From a virus (lineage: Duplodnaviria; Caudoviricetes), in the IMG/VR virus record IMGVR_UViG_3300030376_006356, positions 1-48,280 of that record: a DNA stretch of 48,280 bases; one strand, written 5' to 3'. Under the pieces are notes generated by a model. That model searched no databases. It was not told the DNA's origin and worked only from the letters and a program-made list of their open reading frames with translations. This document shows positions 1 through 9,047 of the stretch, in pieces (position 1 is the stretch's first letter; every line of letters begins with the position of its first letter). The translations under genes were made by a program, and so were the position numbers.

Positions 1-1
1 G

Positions 2-283
2 AGACAATCCACCGATGAAGATTTTAGAGCTAACATAACTCGTGGTGGTGAAGGATTTCCATATGAAGTGAATGAACAAATAGAATGGTTATCATCAGAA
101 TCATCAAAAGCTTTGGGATTAGATATTGCTGGTGTGGATTTATTATTTGATAATGGTGGATATAAAATATGTGAAGTTAATTCCAATCCTGGTTTTGAAG
201 GTATGGAAAACTTTACAAAGAAAAACATCGCTGGTGAAATTGTATCATTTATAAAATTAAAACTTGGATTAAACAATGAATAA
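2..283 (+). CDS. RimK/LysX-family ATP-grasp ligase, C-terminal part (5' end outside window)
   Basis: Frame is open from base 2 and reads DFRANITRGG...GLDIAGVDLL...CEVNSNPGFEGME, matching the RimK motifs FRxNxxxGG, GVD and EVNxxPG. Confidence 0.85.
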   Translation, partial: RQSTDEDFRANITRGGEGFPYEVNEQIEWLSSESSKALGLDIAGVDLLFDNGGYKICEVNSNPGFEGMENFTKKNIAGEIVSFIKLKLGLNNE

Positions 284-635
284 TAAAATTATAAAAATAG
301 ATGATGTTGAGGGTGCTGTTTATGAAATTGATGAATGGAAGCCTGCTCAATCTACCCAAGTAAAAAAACATTTTACAGAAAGATTCAAAGAATTAAAAGA
401 AGCTTATGACAAATTGCTCGAAGATTTTAATTGGAATAAGATTATATTTGAAAGTGAAATGTTATTTACACCTGTTATGGGGAAAACATATTATTTATTT
501 CAGAGGAAAGATGGGACAAATTTTATGACACTTATTTCATCAGAGGAGTGGGGTGACAATGATTTTAAATATATTGGTGCATTCAAACAAGATTCAAGAC
601 AAAAATGGAATCATATAGAATTAGAGGAAAAATAA
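276..635 (+). CDS. DUF2452-like hypothetical protein
   Basis: Coiled-coil followed by FTPVMGKTYYLFQRKDG...LISSEEW, a pattern recalled for DUF2452. Confidence 0.55.
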   Translation: MNNKIIKIDDVEGAVYEIDEWKPAQSTQVKKHFTERFKELKEAYDKLLEDFNWNKIIFESEMLFTPVMGKTYYLFQRKDGTNFMTLISSEEWGDNDFKYIGAFKQDSRQKWNHIELEEK

Positions 636-638
636 TGC

Positions 639-667
639 TTGTTTATTTACAAGAAAGGTTGTATATT
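639..667 (+). promoter_or_regulatory. sigma70-type promoter, probably giving a leaderless mRNA
   Basis: TTGTTT(639-644)-N17-TATATT(662-667); ATG at 673 with no Shine-Dalgarno sequence. Confidence 0.6.
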
Positions 668-672
668 TAAGT

Positions 673-1530
673 ATGGGTAGAATATCATACAGTCAATTAT
701 CAATGTTTAGTGAATGTCCACAAAGGTGGAAACTAAATTATATAGATAAAATAACAGAACGAGAACCAAGTATTCATTTATTGTTTGGAACAGCAATGCA
801 TGAAGTTATACAAACTTGGTTAGAAGTTATGTATCACGATAGTGTGAAGAATGCAAATAAACTAAACCTTGAACAAAGACTACACGATAAAATGATGGAG
901 TTGTTTAAACAAGGTAAAGAGGAGTATGGTAAAAACCCTTGCACACTAGAACAATTAAGAGAGTTCTTTCAAGATGGTGTGGACATATTAGATTTCTTGA
1001 AGAAGAGAAGAGCTGATTACTTTAGTAAACGAGGATACAAACTTATAGGTTGTGAAGTTCCAATTGAAGTAGACTTAAAAAAGAATGTTAAAATAGTTGG
1101 TTACTTGGATTTAGTCATATTGGATGAGTTCCATAATACAATAACAATTTATGATATAAAAACATCTACACAAGGTTGGAACAAGTGGATGAAAAAAGAT
1201 GAGAACAAAACACAACAATTATTATTATACAAACAATTCTATGCTAAACAATACAATCATCCTATAGATAAGATAGAAGTGGAATACTTCATTGTAAAGA
1301 GAAAACTATGGGAAAACGCTATGTTCCCACAAAAGAGAGTTCAGAAGTTCTCACCAGCAAGTGGGACTGTAAGTATGAATAAGGTAGCTAAGAGGTTGAA
1401 TACATTTTTAGACTTAGCATTTGATGATGAAGGTGAAAGAATATCAGAAAACATAATCCCAACACCAAGTAAGAAAGCTTGTAGATGGTGTGAATTTAAA
1501 AATACAGAATATTGTAGTGTGGGAGTGTAA
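673..1530 (+). CDS. PD-(D/E)XK nuclease, Cas4/RecB-like
   Basis: ISYSQL..CP, GTAMHE, GYLDLV, YDIKTS, QLLLY and C-terminal CRWCEF...C (split 1+3 Cys cluster). Confidence 0.85.
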   Translation: MGRISYSQLSMFSECPQRWKLNYIDKITEREPSIHLLFGTAMHEVIQTWLEVMYHDSVKNANKLNLEQRLHDKMMELFKQGKEEYGKNPCTLEQLREFFQDGVDILDFLKKRRADYFSKRGYKLIGCEVPIEVDLKKNVKIVGYLDLVILDEFHNTITIYDIKTSTQGWNKWMKKDENKTQQLLLYKQFYAKQYNHPIDKIEVEYFIVKRKLWENAMFPQKRVQKFSPASGTVSMNKVAKRLNTFLDLAFDDEGERISENIIPTPSKKACRWCEFKNTEYCSVGV

Positions 1531-1931
1531 TGAAAGTAGCTATAATAGGGAGTAGAAGATACGAAAACAAGAAGAAGATTAAAGATTTTATCTTCAAATT
1601 AAAACAACAATATGGTGAGAAAACCATAATAGTTAGTGGTGGATGTAAACAAGGTGCTGACAAATATGCTAAAAAGTATGCATTAGAATTAGGATTAATG
1701 TATGAGGAGTATCCACCATTTCACGAAGTTCATAATTTATATTGTTCTTTACCCCAATCAAGATACGACCAACCATTTAGTATGAGAAACTTTTTTGCTA
1801 GGAATAAAATAATCGCTGGAACAAGTGATTTTATAGTAGGATTCATTCCAGAAGGTGTTGAAGCTAAGGGAACTATGAATGTATTTGAATATGCAAAAAA
1901 ATTAGATAAAAAAAGAATAATTATTTCATAG
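1530..1931 (+). CDS. SLOG-superfamily protein (DUF2493/YspA-like)
   Basis: VAIIGSR, IVSGGCKQGAD, RNKII and GT motifs. Confidence 0.7.
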   Translation: MKVAIIGSRRYENKKKIKDFIFKLKQQYGEKTIIVSGGCKQGADKYAKKYALELGLMYEEYPPFHEVHNLYCSLPQSRYDQPFSMRNFFARNKIIAGTSDFIVGFIPEGVEAKGTMNVFEYAKKLDKKRIIIS

Positions 1932-1947
1932 TTTTTTTATATTTGTA

Positions 1948-1959
1948 TATATTTATATA
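1948..1959 (+). promoter_or_regulatory. Candidate phage late-type promoter motif TATATTTATATA
   Basis: The same 12-mer lies just upstream of the RBS here and at 46776-46787, with no -35 element. Confidence 0.35.
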
Positions 1960-1982
1960 TGTAAATACGATGGAGAATAATT

Positions 1983-2177
1983 ATGAAAAACACAAAATTA
2001 ACATCGGTTAAAATATTAGAATCGTTATATGAAAGATTCAAACTGAACACAGTCAATACTAAAATGACTTTACAAAAATTAACAAATCGTTCAGTTGATA
2101 GATTTTTAACAGATGAAAAATATAGAGAAGAAATTGAAACTTATGATAATTTAATTGTAAGTGGTAGCAACTTTTAA
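1983..2177 (+). CDS. Small protein, possible ribbon-helix-helix DNA-binding protein
   Basis: GGAG RBS; LTSVKI strand followed by two amphipathic helices. Confidence 0.45.
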   Translation: MKNTKLTSVKILESLYERFKLNTVNTKMTLQKLTNRSVDRFLTDEKYREEIETYDNLIVSGSNF

Positions 2178-2194
2178 TTAGGAGAAAATAGGTT

Positions 2195-3574
2195 ATGAAG
2201 AAAAAAAAGATTCTACTCTTGTCAGACGACTTGAGAATGCATAGTGGGATAGCAACACAATCAAAAGAATTTGTGATGGGAACATTACATAAATATGATT
2301 GGGTTCAAATTGGTGGGGCTGTGAAACATCCTGAACAAGGAAAAGTTGTTAATATGTCAGAAGCATGTCAAGAGGTAACTGGTGTAAAAGATGCTTATCT
2401 ACAAATTTATCCTATGTCAGGATATGGTAATCCGAATGTATTAAGACAGATTATAGATTTAGAAAAACCTGACGCTATTCTACATTTCACTGACCCAAGA
2501 TTTTGGATTTGGTTATATAATATGGAACATGAAATAAGACAAAACATTCCTATTATGTATTACAACATTTGGGACGACATCCCTGACCCACTATACAATA
2601 CAAACTTTTACAGAAGTTCTGATTTACTTATGGGTATATCAAAACAAACTTATGGTATTAATAAAAGAATACTTTCTAAATATAATTATGAAGATTGGCA
2701 AACTAAATATGTTCCACATGGAATTACCGATAAACGAATATTTAAAATAGAAGAAAAGGGTGATACCAAATTCAGAGAGTTTGAACAATTACAAGGATTA
2801 GATAAATATAAATTCAAAATACTTTATTTAAATCGTAATATCAGAAGAAAAGCTCCAGCTGATGTGGCTTTGGCTTACAAACATATGATGGACAAATTAA
2901 CACCTGAACAAAGAGAAGAGTGTTGTTTAGTTTGGCACGCAGCTCCAAGTGATGAAAATGGAACAGATATGAGAGCTGTTTGTAAATCACTTTTACCTGA
3001 TTATCCAGTAATATTTACTTGGGATAATCATGTGAACGGAGCTTTTAATGATGTAGAGATGAATTATATATTCAATTCTTGTGATGTTTACATCAACATG
3101 GCTTCTAACGAAGGATTTGGTTTAGGTAGTTGTGAGATGTTACATACTGGTGGAGTAATTGTAGTTAATGTAACTGGTGGATTACAAGACCAATGTGGAT
3201 TCAAAAACGAAAAAGGTGAATACTTAACTGCTGAAGATTATGTTGAACTACAATCTAATCACAGAGGAACTTATAAAGAACACGGAGAATGGGTTAAACC
3301 TGTTTTCCCATCAAACATAAGTTGTCAAGGTTCACCACTAACGCCATACATCTTTGATGATAGATGTTCATTCGAGGATGCTGGTGAGTCATTATTGGAA
3401 TGGTACAAAGTAGGTCCTGAAGAGAGAGAAAGATGTGGTGAATTGGGAAGACAATTTGTAAATGGTGATGGTAGAATGACTTCTAAACACTTATCAGAAT
3501 CATTTATAGAAGCTATAGACACCACATTTGAAAAATGGAAACCAAGAGAAAAATATACATTGGAGGTTGTGTAA
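2195..3574 (+). CDS. Glycosyltransferase, GT4 / GT-B fold
   Basis: SGIATQ, VPHGI, NRNIRRK and NEGFGLGSCE (E-x7-E) motifs. Confidence 0.9.
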   Translation: MKKKKILLLSDDLRMHSGIATQSKEFVMGTLHKYDWVQIGGAVKHPEQGKVVNMSEACQEVTGVKDAYLQIYPMSGYGNPNVLRQIIDLEKPDAILHFTDPRFWIWLYNMEHEIRQNIPIMYYNIWDDIPDPLYNTNFYRSSDLLMGISKQTYGINKRILSKYNYEDWQTKYVPHGITDKRIFKIEEKGDTKFREFEQLQGLDKYKFKILYLNRNIRRKAPADVALAYKHMMDKLTPEQREECCLVWHAAPSDENGTDMRAVCKSLLPDYPVIFTWDNHVNGAFNDVEMNYIFNSCDVYINMASNEGFGLGSCEMLHTGGVIVVNVTGGLQDQCGFKNEKGEYLTAEDYVELQSNHRGTYKEHGEWVKPVFPSNISCQGSPLTPYIFDDRCSFEDAGESLLEWYKVGPEERERCGELGRQFVNGDGRMTSKHLSESFIEAIDTTFEKWKPREKYTLEVV

Positions 3575-4917
3575 TGAAAAAAGTAATGTTAATATGTGCA
3601 CCTGTATCATCAAGAAGTGGATATGGTGACCACGCTAGAGATTTAGTTAGAGCTTTTATGAAACATGACAAGTTTGATATTAAAATCTTTGATGTGCCGT
3701 GGGGTGAGACACCAAGAAATGCTTTAGATAAAGAGTTAGATAAAAACATTATTGATTGTATTTTGTCAGAGCCAAATATAGATAAACAACCTGATGTTTA
3801 TGTAGACATTAGAATACCAAATGAATATCAAACTTATGGTAAGATAAATATTGGGATAACAGCTGGTATTGAAACAAATGCAGTTTCAAATGTTTGGATT
3901 GAAAGTTGTAACAAAATGGATTTAAATATTGTTCCATCAGAACATTCTAAAAAAGGATTTGTTAAAGCGCTTTATGAGAAAATACAACAACATCAAAATG
4001 GACAGAAACAAAAAGTGGGTGAGGTTAAATTAGAAAAACCAATAGAAACATTGTTTGAAGGTGTAGATGATGAGGTGTTTAAACCATTGGATAATTCATC
4101 ATTGGATTTAGTTGATGATATTAAAGAAGACTTTTGTTTCTTACATGTTGGATTGTGGGGTAAAGGTAAATTTGGTGAAGATAGAAAAGATATTGCTAAA
4201 ACTATAAAAGTATTTTATGAATCATTTGCTAATAAAAAGAAACAACCTGCATTGATATTAAAAACAAACCAAGCTACTTTTTCTGTAATGGATAGAGAAG
4301 AATGTTTAAGAAAAATTAATCAAGTTAAGTCAAAATTCCCATCAGATTGGAACTTACCAAATGTTTATTTATTACATGGTTCATTATCTACAGAAGATAT
4401 GAATAAATTATATAATCATCCAAAAGTAAAAGCATTTGTATCATTTACACATGGTGAGGGATTTGGAAGACCATTGTTAGAAGCATCGATGGTTGGTTTA
4501 CCTGTAATCACGAGTGCTTGGAGTGGACAAATGGACTTTCTAACCGCAGAGAACTCTATGTTACTTAGTGGTGAGTTAAAAAAAGTTCCAAAATCACAGG
4601 TGTGGAAAGATATTATCGTTGAAGATTCTAAGTGGTTTAATGTAAATGAACAAAATGCTTATCATGCTTTAAATCATTGTTTCAAAAATTATGATGAAGT
4701 AAAAGAAAAAGCTCTTAAATTGATGAAAATCAACAGAGAGAAGTTTACATTAGATAAAATGGCTGATAGACTTGATAAAATTATAACACCATATCTAAAT
4801 AAAATTTCAACTCAAGTTGGACTTAATCTTCCAAAATTGAAAAAAGTTAATAAATCTGAACCACAAACGATACAATTACCCAAATTAAAAAAAGTTAACA
4901 ATGAGGCTACAGTATGA
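3574..4917 (+). CDS. Glycosyltransferase, GT4 / GT-B fold
   Basis: SRSGYG, DRKD and GEGFGRPLLEA motifs; start taken at ATG 3574 (TAATG overlap). Confidence 0.9.
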   Translation: MKKVMLICAPVSSRSGYGDHARDLVRAFMKHDKFDIKIFDVPWGETPRNALDKELDKNIIDCILSEPNIDKQPDVYVDIRIPNEYQTYGKINIGITAGIETNAVSNVWIESCNKMDLNIVPSEHSKKGFVKALYEKIQQHQNGQKQKVGEVKLEKPIETLFEGVDDEVFKPLDNSSLDLVDDIKEDFCFLHVGLWGKGKFGEDRKDIAKTIKVFYESFANKKKQPALILKTNQATFSVMDREECLRKINQVKSKFPSDWNLPNVYLLHGSLSTEDMNKLYNHPKVKAFVSFTHGEGFGRPLLEASMVGLPVITSAWSGQMDFLTAENSMLLSGELKKVPKSQVWKDIIVEDSKWFNVNEQNAYHALNHCFKNYDEVKEKALKLMKINREKFTLDKMADRLDKIITPYLNKISTQVGLNLPKLKKVNKSEPQTIQLPKLKKVNNEATV

Positions 4918-5360
4918 AAGACTTAATAGGTAATTGTTTTTTATGTGAGGAAAAAGCACTTCATGTAGCTGGAACAGAGGAAGCTCAAGTGATGCAGTGT
5001 ATTAATTGTGGTTATGTAACTTCAACTAAATACATTGGAACAAAAGAAACCAATGAAGAGTTTCAAAAACTTGGTGAAGATATGAAGAAATGGGCTAAGG
5101 AAGAGCATGGTAGAGTTTGGATTCCAAGTCTTATAACATTACCAATTGGAATGTTGTATCCAATTGATATTGATGATAAGATGAAATGGGCTTTCGCACC
5201 AATGGTTGAAATATCTGAAGAAGAAAGAGAAAACTTTCCTAATGGTAATGGTGGTTTTTATGAAAAAAAGATAGACACAGATAATCCAACAATTTATGAT
5301 GAGTTTGTAAGTGGTATGGTATACATAAATAATTTATTAAAAAGTAAAAGTGAAGAATAG
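4914..5360 (+). CDS. Hypothetical protein with zinc ribbon
   Basis: CFLC...CINCGY; coupled to neighbouring genes. Confidence 0.6.
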   Translation: MKDLIGNCFLCEEKALHVAGTEEAQVMQCINCGYVTSTKYIGTKETNEEFQKLGEDMKKWAKEEHGRVWIPSLITLPIGMLYPIDIDDKMKWAFAPMVEISEEERENFPNGNGGFYEKKIDTDNPTIYDEFVSGMVYINNLLKSKSEE

Positions 5361-5743
5361 TGGCTGTAACAAAGATAAATCATAAACAAAGGATTCGAAA
5401 GAGAACATCGGTAAGTATCTCACAAATTGGATTTCAATCTATCATTGAGTTTCGATATAATGCAGAAAACATTAAAGATCCAAAACCTTTAGTTTTTGTT
5501 TTATCTAAAAAAGGTAAAGTTTTAAATGGTATTAATATAGGTTATTTAAAAGAGTATCCTATAGAAAAATTACTTGAAGAGACAAATTTTAAAAAACTAA
5601 AAAATTATTCTTTATATGAAAAAGCTTTTAGGACATATAAAATATCAGATATAAAATCAATCAAATTAATTGAATGGGAAACTTCTTCTGCTAGGAGGGA
5701 TAGAAAAGAAGAAGAAAGAAAAACAAAACAATTAGATAAATAA
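5360..5743 (+). CDS. Hypothetical protein, possibly T4 gp2 (DNA end protector)-like
   Basis: FRY...DPKPLVFV...GINIGYL...FRTY resembles the gp2 pattern D.FPL...GLNLHY...Y. Confidence 0.4.
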   Translation: MAVTKINHKQRIRKRTSVSISQIGFQSIIEFRYNAENIKDPKPLVFVLSKKGKVLNGINIGYLKEYPIEKLLEETNFKKLKNYSLYEKAFRTYKISDIKSIKLIEWETSSARRDRKEEERKTKQLDK

Positions 5744-5754
5744 AAAGGTTACAA

Positions 5755-6375
5755 ATGAAACTAAGTTATAGTATATTGACTCATAATGAAGATGTGTCAC
5801 TACAAAAATTACTTGAGTTTTTAGTCAAATATAAAGACGAAGAAGACGAAATAGTAATTCTCGATGATTATTCAGACAATCCAAAGACAATTGAAATATT
5901 AGATATAATGACATCCATGCATGAAATGACTTTTGAACAAAGACATTTGTTAAAAGATTATGCTGGACAAAAAAATTACTTGACTCGTATGTGCAAAAAT
6001 GACTATATTGTTAATATAGATGCTGACGAATTACCACATAAATCATTAATGAAGAATCTCAAACCTATATTAAAGGCTAATCCTACAGTAGATTTATATT
6101 GGGTGCCGAGAGTAAACACGGTTGATGGATTAACACAAGAACATGTAAATAAGTGGGGTTGGAGAGTTGATGAAAACGGTTGGGTAAACTTTCCAGATTA
6201 TCAAGGTAGAATTTGGAGAAATCGTCCAAACATATTATGGAAGAATAAAGTTCACGAAGTATTAACAGGATATAAAGAACATACTTACTTACCAGCTGAA
6301 GAACAATTTTCATTCTATCATCCAAAAGATATAGATAGACAAGAAAAACAAAATGAATTTTATGAGGGAATATAA
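5755..6375 (+). CDS. Glycosyltransferase family 2
   Basis: SILTHNE, LDDYS, IDADE, PDYQGR and VHE motifs. Confidence 0.9.
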   Translation: MKLSYSILTHNEDVSLQKLLEFLVKYKDEEDEIVILDDYSDNPKTIEILDIMTSMHEMTFEQRHLLKDYAGQKNYLTRMCKNDYIVNIDADELPHKSLMKNLKPILKANPTVDLYWVPRVNTVDGLTQEHVNKWGWRVDENGWVNFPDYQGRIWRNRPNILWKNKVHEVLTGYKEHTYLPAEEQFSFYHPKDIDRQEKQNEFYEGI

Positions 6376-7869
6376 ATGATTTTTTATAGAATATTAGATA
6401 ACGATTTATACGCAGCAGGTGAAGTTGAAAGATTAGGATTTGAAGAATCTCAAGGGTTAAGAATACCAGATGATTATTTAGAGAACAAAGAATTTACAGT
6501 TATGAGAAGTGCTCATGGATTAGGAGATTGGGGTATCATTTCAGCTATACCGAGATTGTTAAAGGAAAAATATCCTGATTGTAAAGTGTATCTTCCATCA
6601 GTAAAACTATTAGAAAAACTATTTGGAAATCAAAAACAAAATTGGGGTTCTTTTGATAACCCCTTTTTAAATGTAGAATACATATTTAAAAATAATCCTT
6701 ATGTTGATGGTTTTAAAGACTACATAGTTGGTGAAATATACCACGACCATTATAGAATTTTTGACAAAGATAAAAAAGATATACCACTTGTAAAACAAAT
6801 GTTGAAATTTTGGCAGTTTGAAAAAAGTGAGTGTGAAAAATATACACCTGAATTATACTTTTCTGAAAGTGAAAAGCAAATTGGAGACAAAATTATAAAA
6901 GAAACTGTCGGAGATAAAGAATTTGGTTCATTACTAATATCTAGTAGATATGAAAGTCAAGATGGAAGATATGATGAGGAAGGAAATAAAAAAATATTAA
7001 CTTATTTTTTAGAAAAAAACAAACTACCTTATTTTTATTTTACTTATAAACCAAAGGAAGAATTTCCTTTTGAATTTGATGGTTGTTTAGATTTAAGAAA
7101 TATGGATGTTAGAACTCAACTATATATCAGAAGCAAGGCTAAATTAAATATAGGTAATCATTGTGGAGTTTTAGATTGTGTATCAGGACACTCTAAAGTT
7201 TACCAAGTTCAAAGAGTTTTTCCATTAAACCAAAATGTGGTTGAGGATGAAATTTATTTAAACAGAGAAAATTATAAATATTTAATTGATGGGAATAATT
7301 ATAAAGTTGATATAATGAAAAATTTACCAGATAAATTTACATCAAAAACAACCACATCTTTAAAATGGAAATCAGACTTAATTGATTACTTTCAAGATGA
7401 TAAATTTAAAGAGATGAAAGTTTTGGAAGTTGGTTCATCTTTAGGACACTCAACAAGAATATTAAGTTTTTTATTTGGTAAAGTTATAGCACTAGATAAT
7501 TTAGCAGAGAGACATGTAAAGTCTGATAAATTAAATCACGACAGAAAAAATATTGAGTATAAAGTTATGGATGTTTATAATGAGAGATGGAACTTTGAAA
7601 ATGTAGATGTGGTTTTTATTGATTGTGTTCACGACTATGAGCATGTAAAAAGTGATATAGACAATTCAATTGAAAATTTTGACAAACCATTATTTGTATT
7701 TGATGATTATGGTTTATTTCCTGAAGTTAAAAAAGCTATAGATGAGTATATAAGTCAAGGTGTTTTTGAAGTAAAAACATTTTTAGGAAATCCAGCTGGA
7801 ACAGAGTTTCCAAAAACGCTAAATGTAACATTAAAAGATTGGGAGGGTATAGTATGTCAGACAATGTAA
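6376..7869 (+). CDS. Fusion of a GT-B (GT9-like) domain and a class I SAM methyltransferase
   Basis: N-terminal HGLGDW; C-terminal VLEVGSSLGHST, VFIDCVHDY and FDDYG (Methyltransf_24-like). Confidence 0.7.
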   Translation: MIFYRILDNDLYAAGEVERLGFEESQGLRIPDDYLENKEFTVMRSAHGLGDWGIISAIPRLLKEKYPDCKVYLPSVKLLEKLFGNQKQNWGSFDNPFLNVEYIFKNNPYVDGFKDYIVGEIYHDHYRIFDKDKKDIPLVKQMLKFWQFEKSECEKYTPELYFSESEKQIGDKIIKETVGDKEFGSLLISSRYESQDGRYDEEGNKKILTYFLEKNKLPYFYFTYKPKEEFPFEFDGCLDLRNMDVRTQLYIRSKAKLNIGNHCGVLDCVSGHSKVYQVQRVFPLNQNVVEDEIYLNRENYKYLIDGNNYKVDIMKNLPDKFTSKTTTSLKWKSDLIDYFQDDKFKEMKVLEVGSSLGHSTRILSFLFGKVIALDNLAERHVKSDKLNHDRKNIEYKVMDVYNERWNFENVDVVFIDCVHDYEHVKSDIDNSIENFDKPLFVFDDYGLFPEVKKAIDEYISQGVFEVKTFLGNPAGTEFPKTLNVTLKDWEGIVCQTM

Positions 7870-9047
7870 AGAACTTAATTACATTCAAAGAAATATCATT
7901 ATCAAATGATTTATTAAAAAACAAAAAAGATAAAGCAAATTTATACGACTTGGAAGTTGTAATGGATACTGAAACTAAATTAGTTCATTTAAATAATAAT
8001 GTAGATTCTAAAGATTTATTCAATCACGAATATGTTTATGATTCTTCAAGGTCTATAACAATGCAGGTTCATTTTGAACAGGCTGCAATATCACTACAAA
8101 AAAGATTAAATCCAAAAAAAGTATTAGAGGTTGGTTCAAATAGTGGTATTTTTATAAAACACTTTCCAAGTGATTCATCTATAGCAGTTGAACCTTGTTC
8201 TAATTTTGCTAAGTTGACTAATGATATGGGTATCAAAACTTACGATGAGTTTTGGAATGATGAGGTATGTGATAAAATTTTAACTGAACATGGAGCTATG
8301 GATTTAATATATTCAGCTAATACTTTTTCTCATGTTCAAGATTTAGATGATTGTTTATCAAATGTAGATAGATGTTTATCAAGTGAAGGAACTTTCATAA
8401 TAGAAACCCCATCATTTTTAGAAGTCTTAAAATATAATGCATTCGACCAATTCTATCACGAACATCATTCTTATTTTACTTATGTAGCTTTACAGAATAT
8501 ATTAGAGAAACATCATCTAAAAATTTATGATATAGAAAAATATAAAGTGCATGGTGGAACTTATAGATTTTTCATTTGTAAATCTTCTTATCAACCTAAA
8601 ACTGATACAGAAAAACTTGTTCAGTATTATAATGAGGAAGTGGAATATGGTGCTAATTCATTTGATATTATTAAGTCTAGAATAGATATAATGCAAAACA
8701 ATATGATTGACATTAAGGAAACATTAGAGACTTTAAAAAAAGATGGTAAGTCAATTGTTGGTTATGGTTCGACTGCTAAATTTACAAATGTAATGAATAT
8801 GTGTGGACTAAATGATAATCATATTGATTATGTATTAGATACTACACCATTAAAGCATTATAGTTATATTCCGAATACAAATGTTCAAATCTTACCTTAT
8901 AATCCAAACAAAGTTAAAGATATTGATTATTTTTATCTTGGCGCATGGAATTACAGAACAGAGGTTATTAATAAAGAATCTGATTATTTAAAAAATGGTG
9001 GTAAATTTATCACCCACATACCAAAAGTAGAGATAATTGATAAGTGA
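7854..9047 (+). CDS. NDP-hexose C-methyltransferase (TcaB9/TylC3/NovU family)
   Basis: LEVGSNSG, FDQFYHEHHSYF, HGGTYR, GYGSTAK, DTTPLK and AWNY motifs. Confidence 0.85.
   Translation: MSDNVKNLITFKEISLSNDLLKNKKDKANLYDLEVVMDTETKLVHLNNNVDSKDLFNHEYVYDSSRSITMQVHFEQAAISLQKRLNPKKVLEVGSNSGIFIKHFPSDSSIAVEPCSNFAKLTNDMGIKTYDEFWNDEVCDKILTEHGAMDLIYSANTFSHVQDLDDCLSNVDRCLSSEGTFIIETPSFLEVLKYNAFDQFYHEHHSYFTYVALQNILEKHHLKIYDIEKYKVHGGTYRFFICKSSYQPKTDTEKLVQYYNEEVEYGANSFDIIKSRIDIMQNNMIDIKETLETLKKDGKSIVGYGSTAKFTNVMNMCGLNDNHIDYVLDTTPLKHYSYIPNTNVQILPYNPNKVKDIDYFYLGAWNYRTEVINKESDYLKNGGKFITHIPKVEIIDK

Noticed and set aside
673-1530. Cas4-like gene as part of a CRISPR-Cas locus
   Set aside because: No other cas genes or array; solo Cas4-like nucleases are common in phages.
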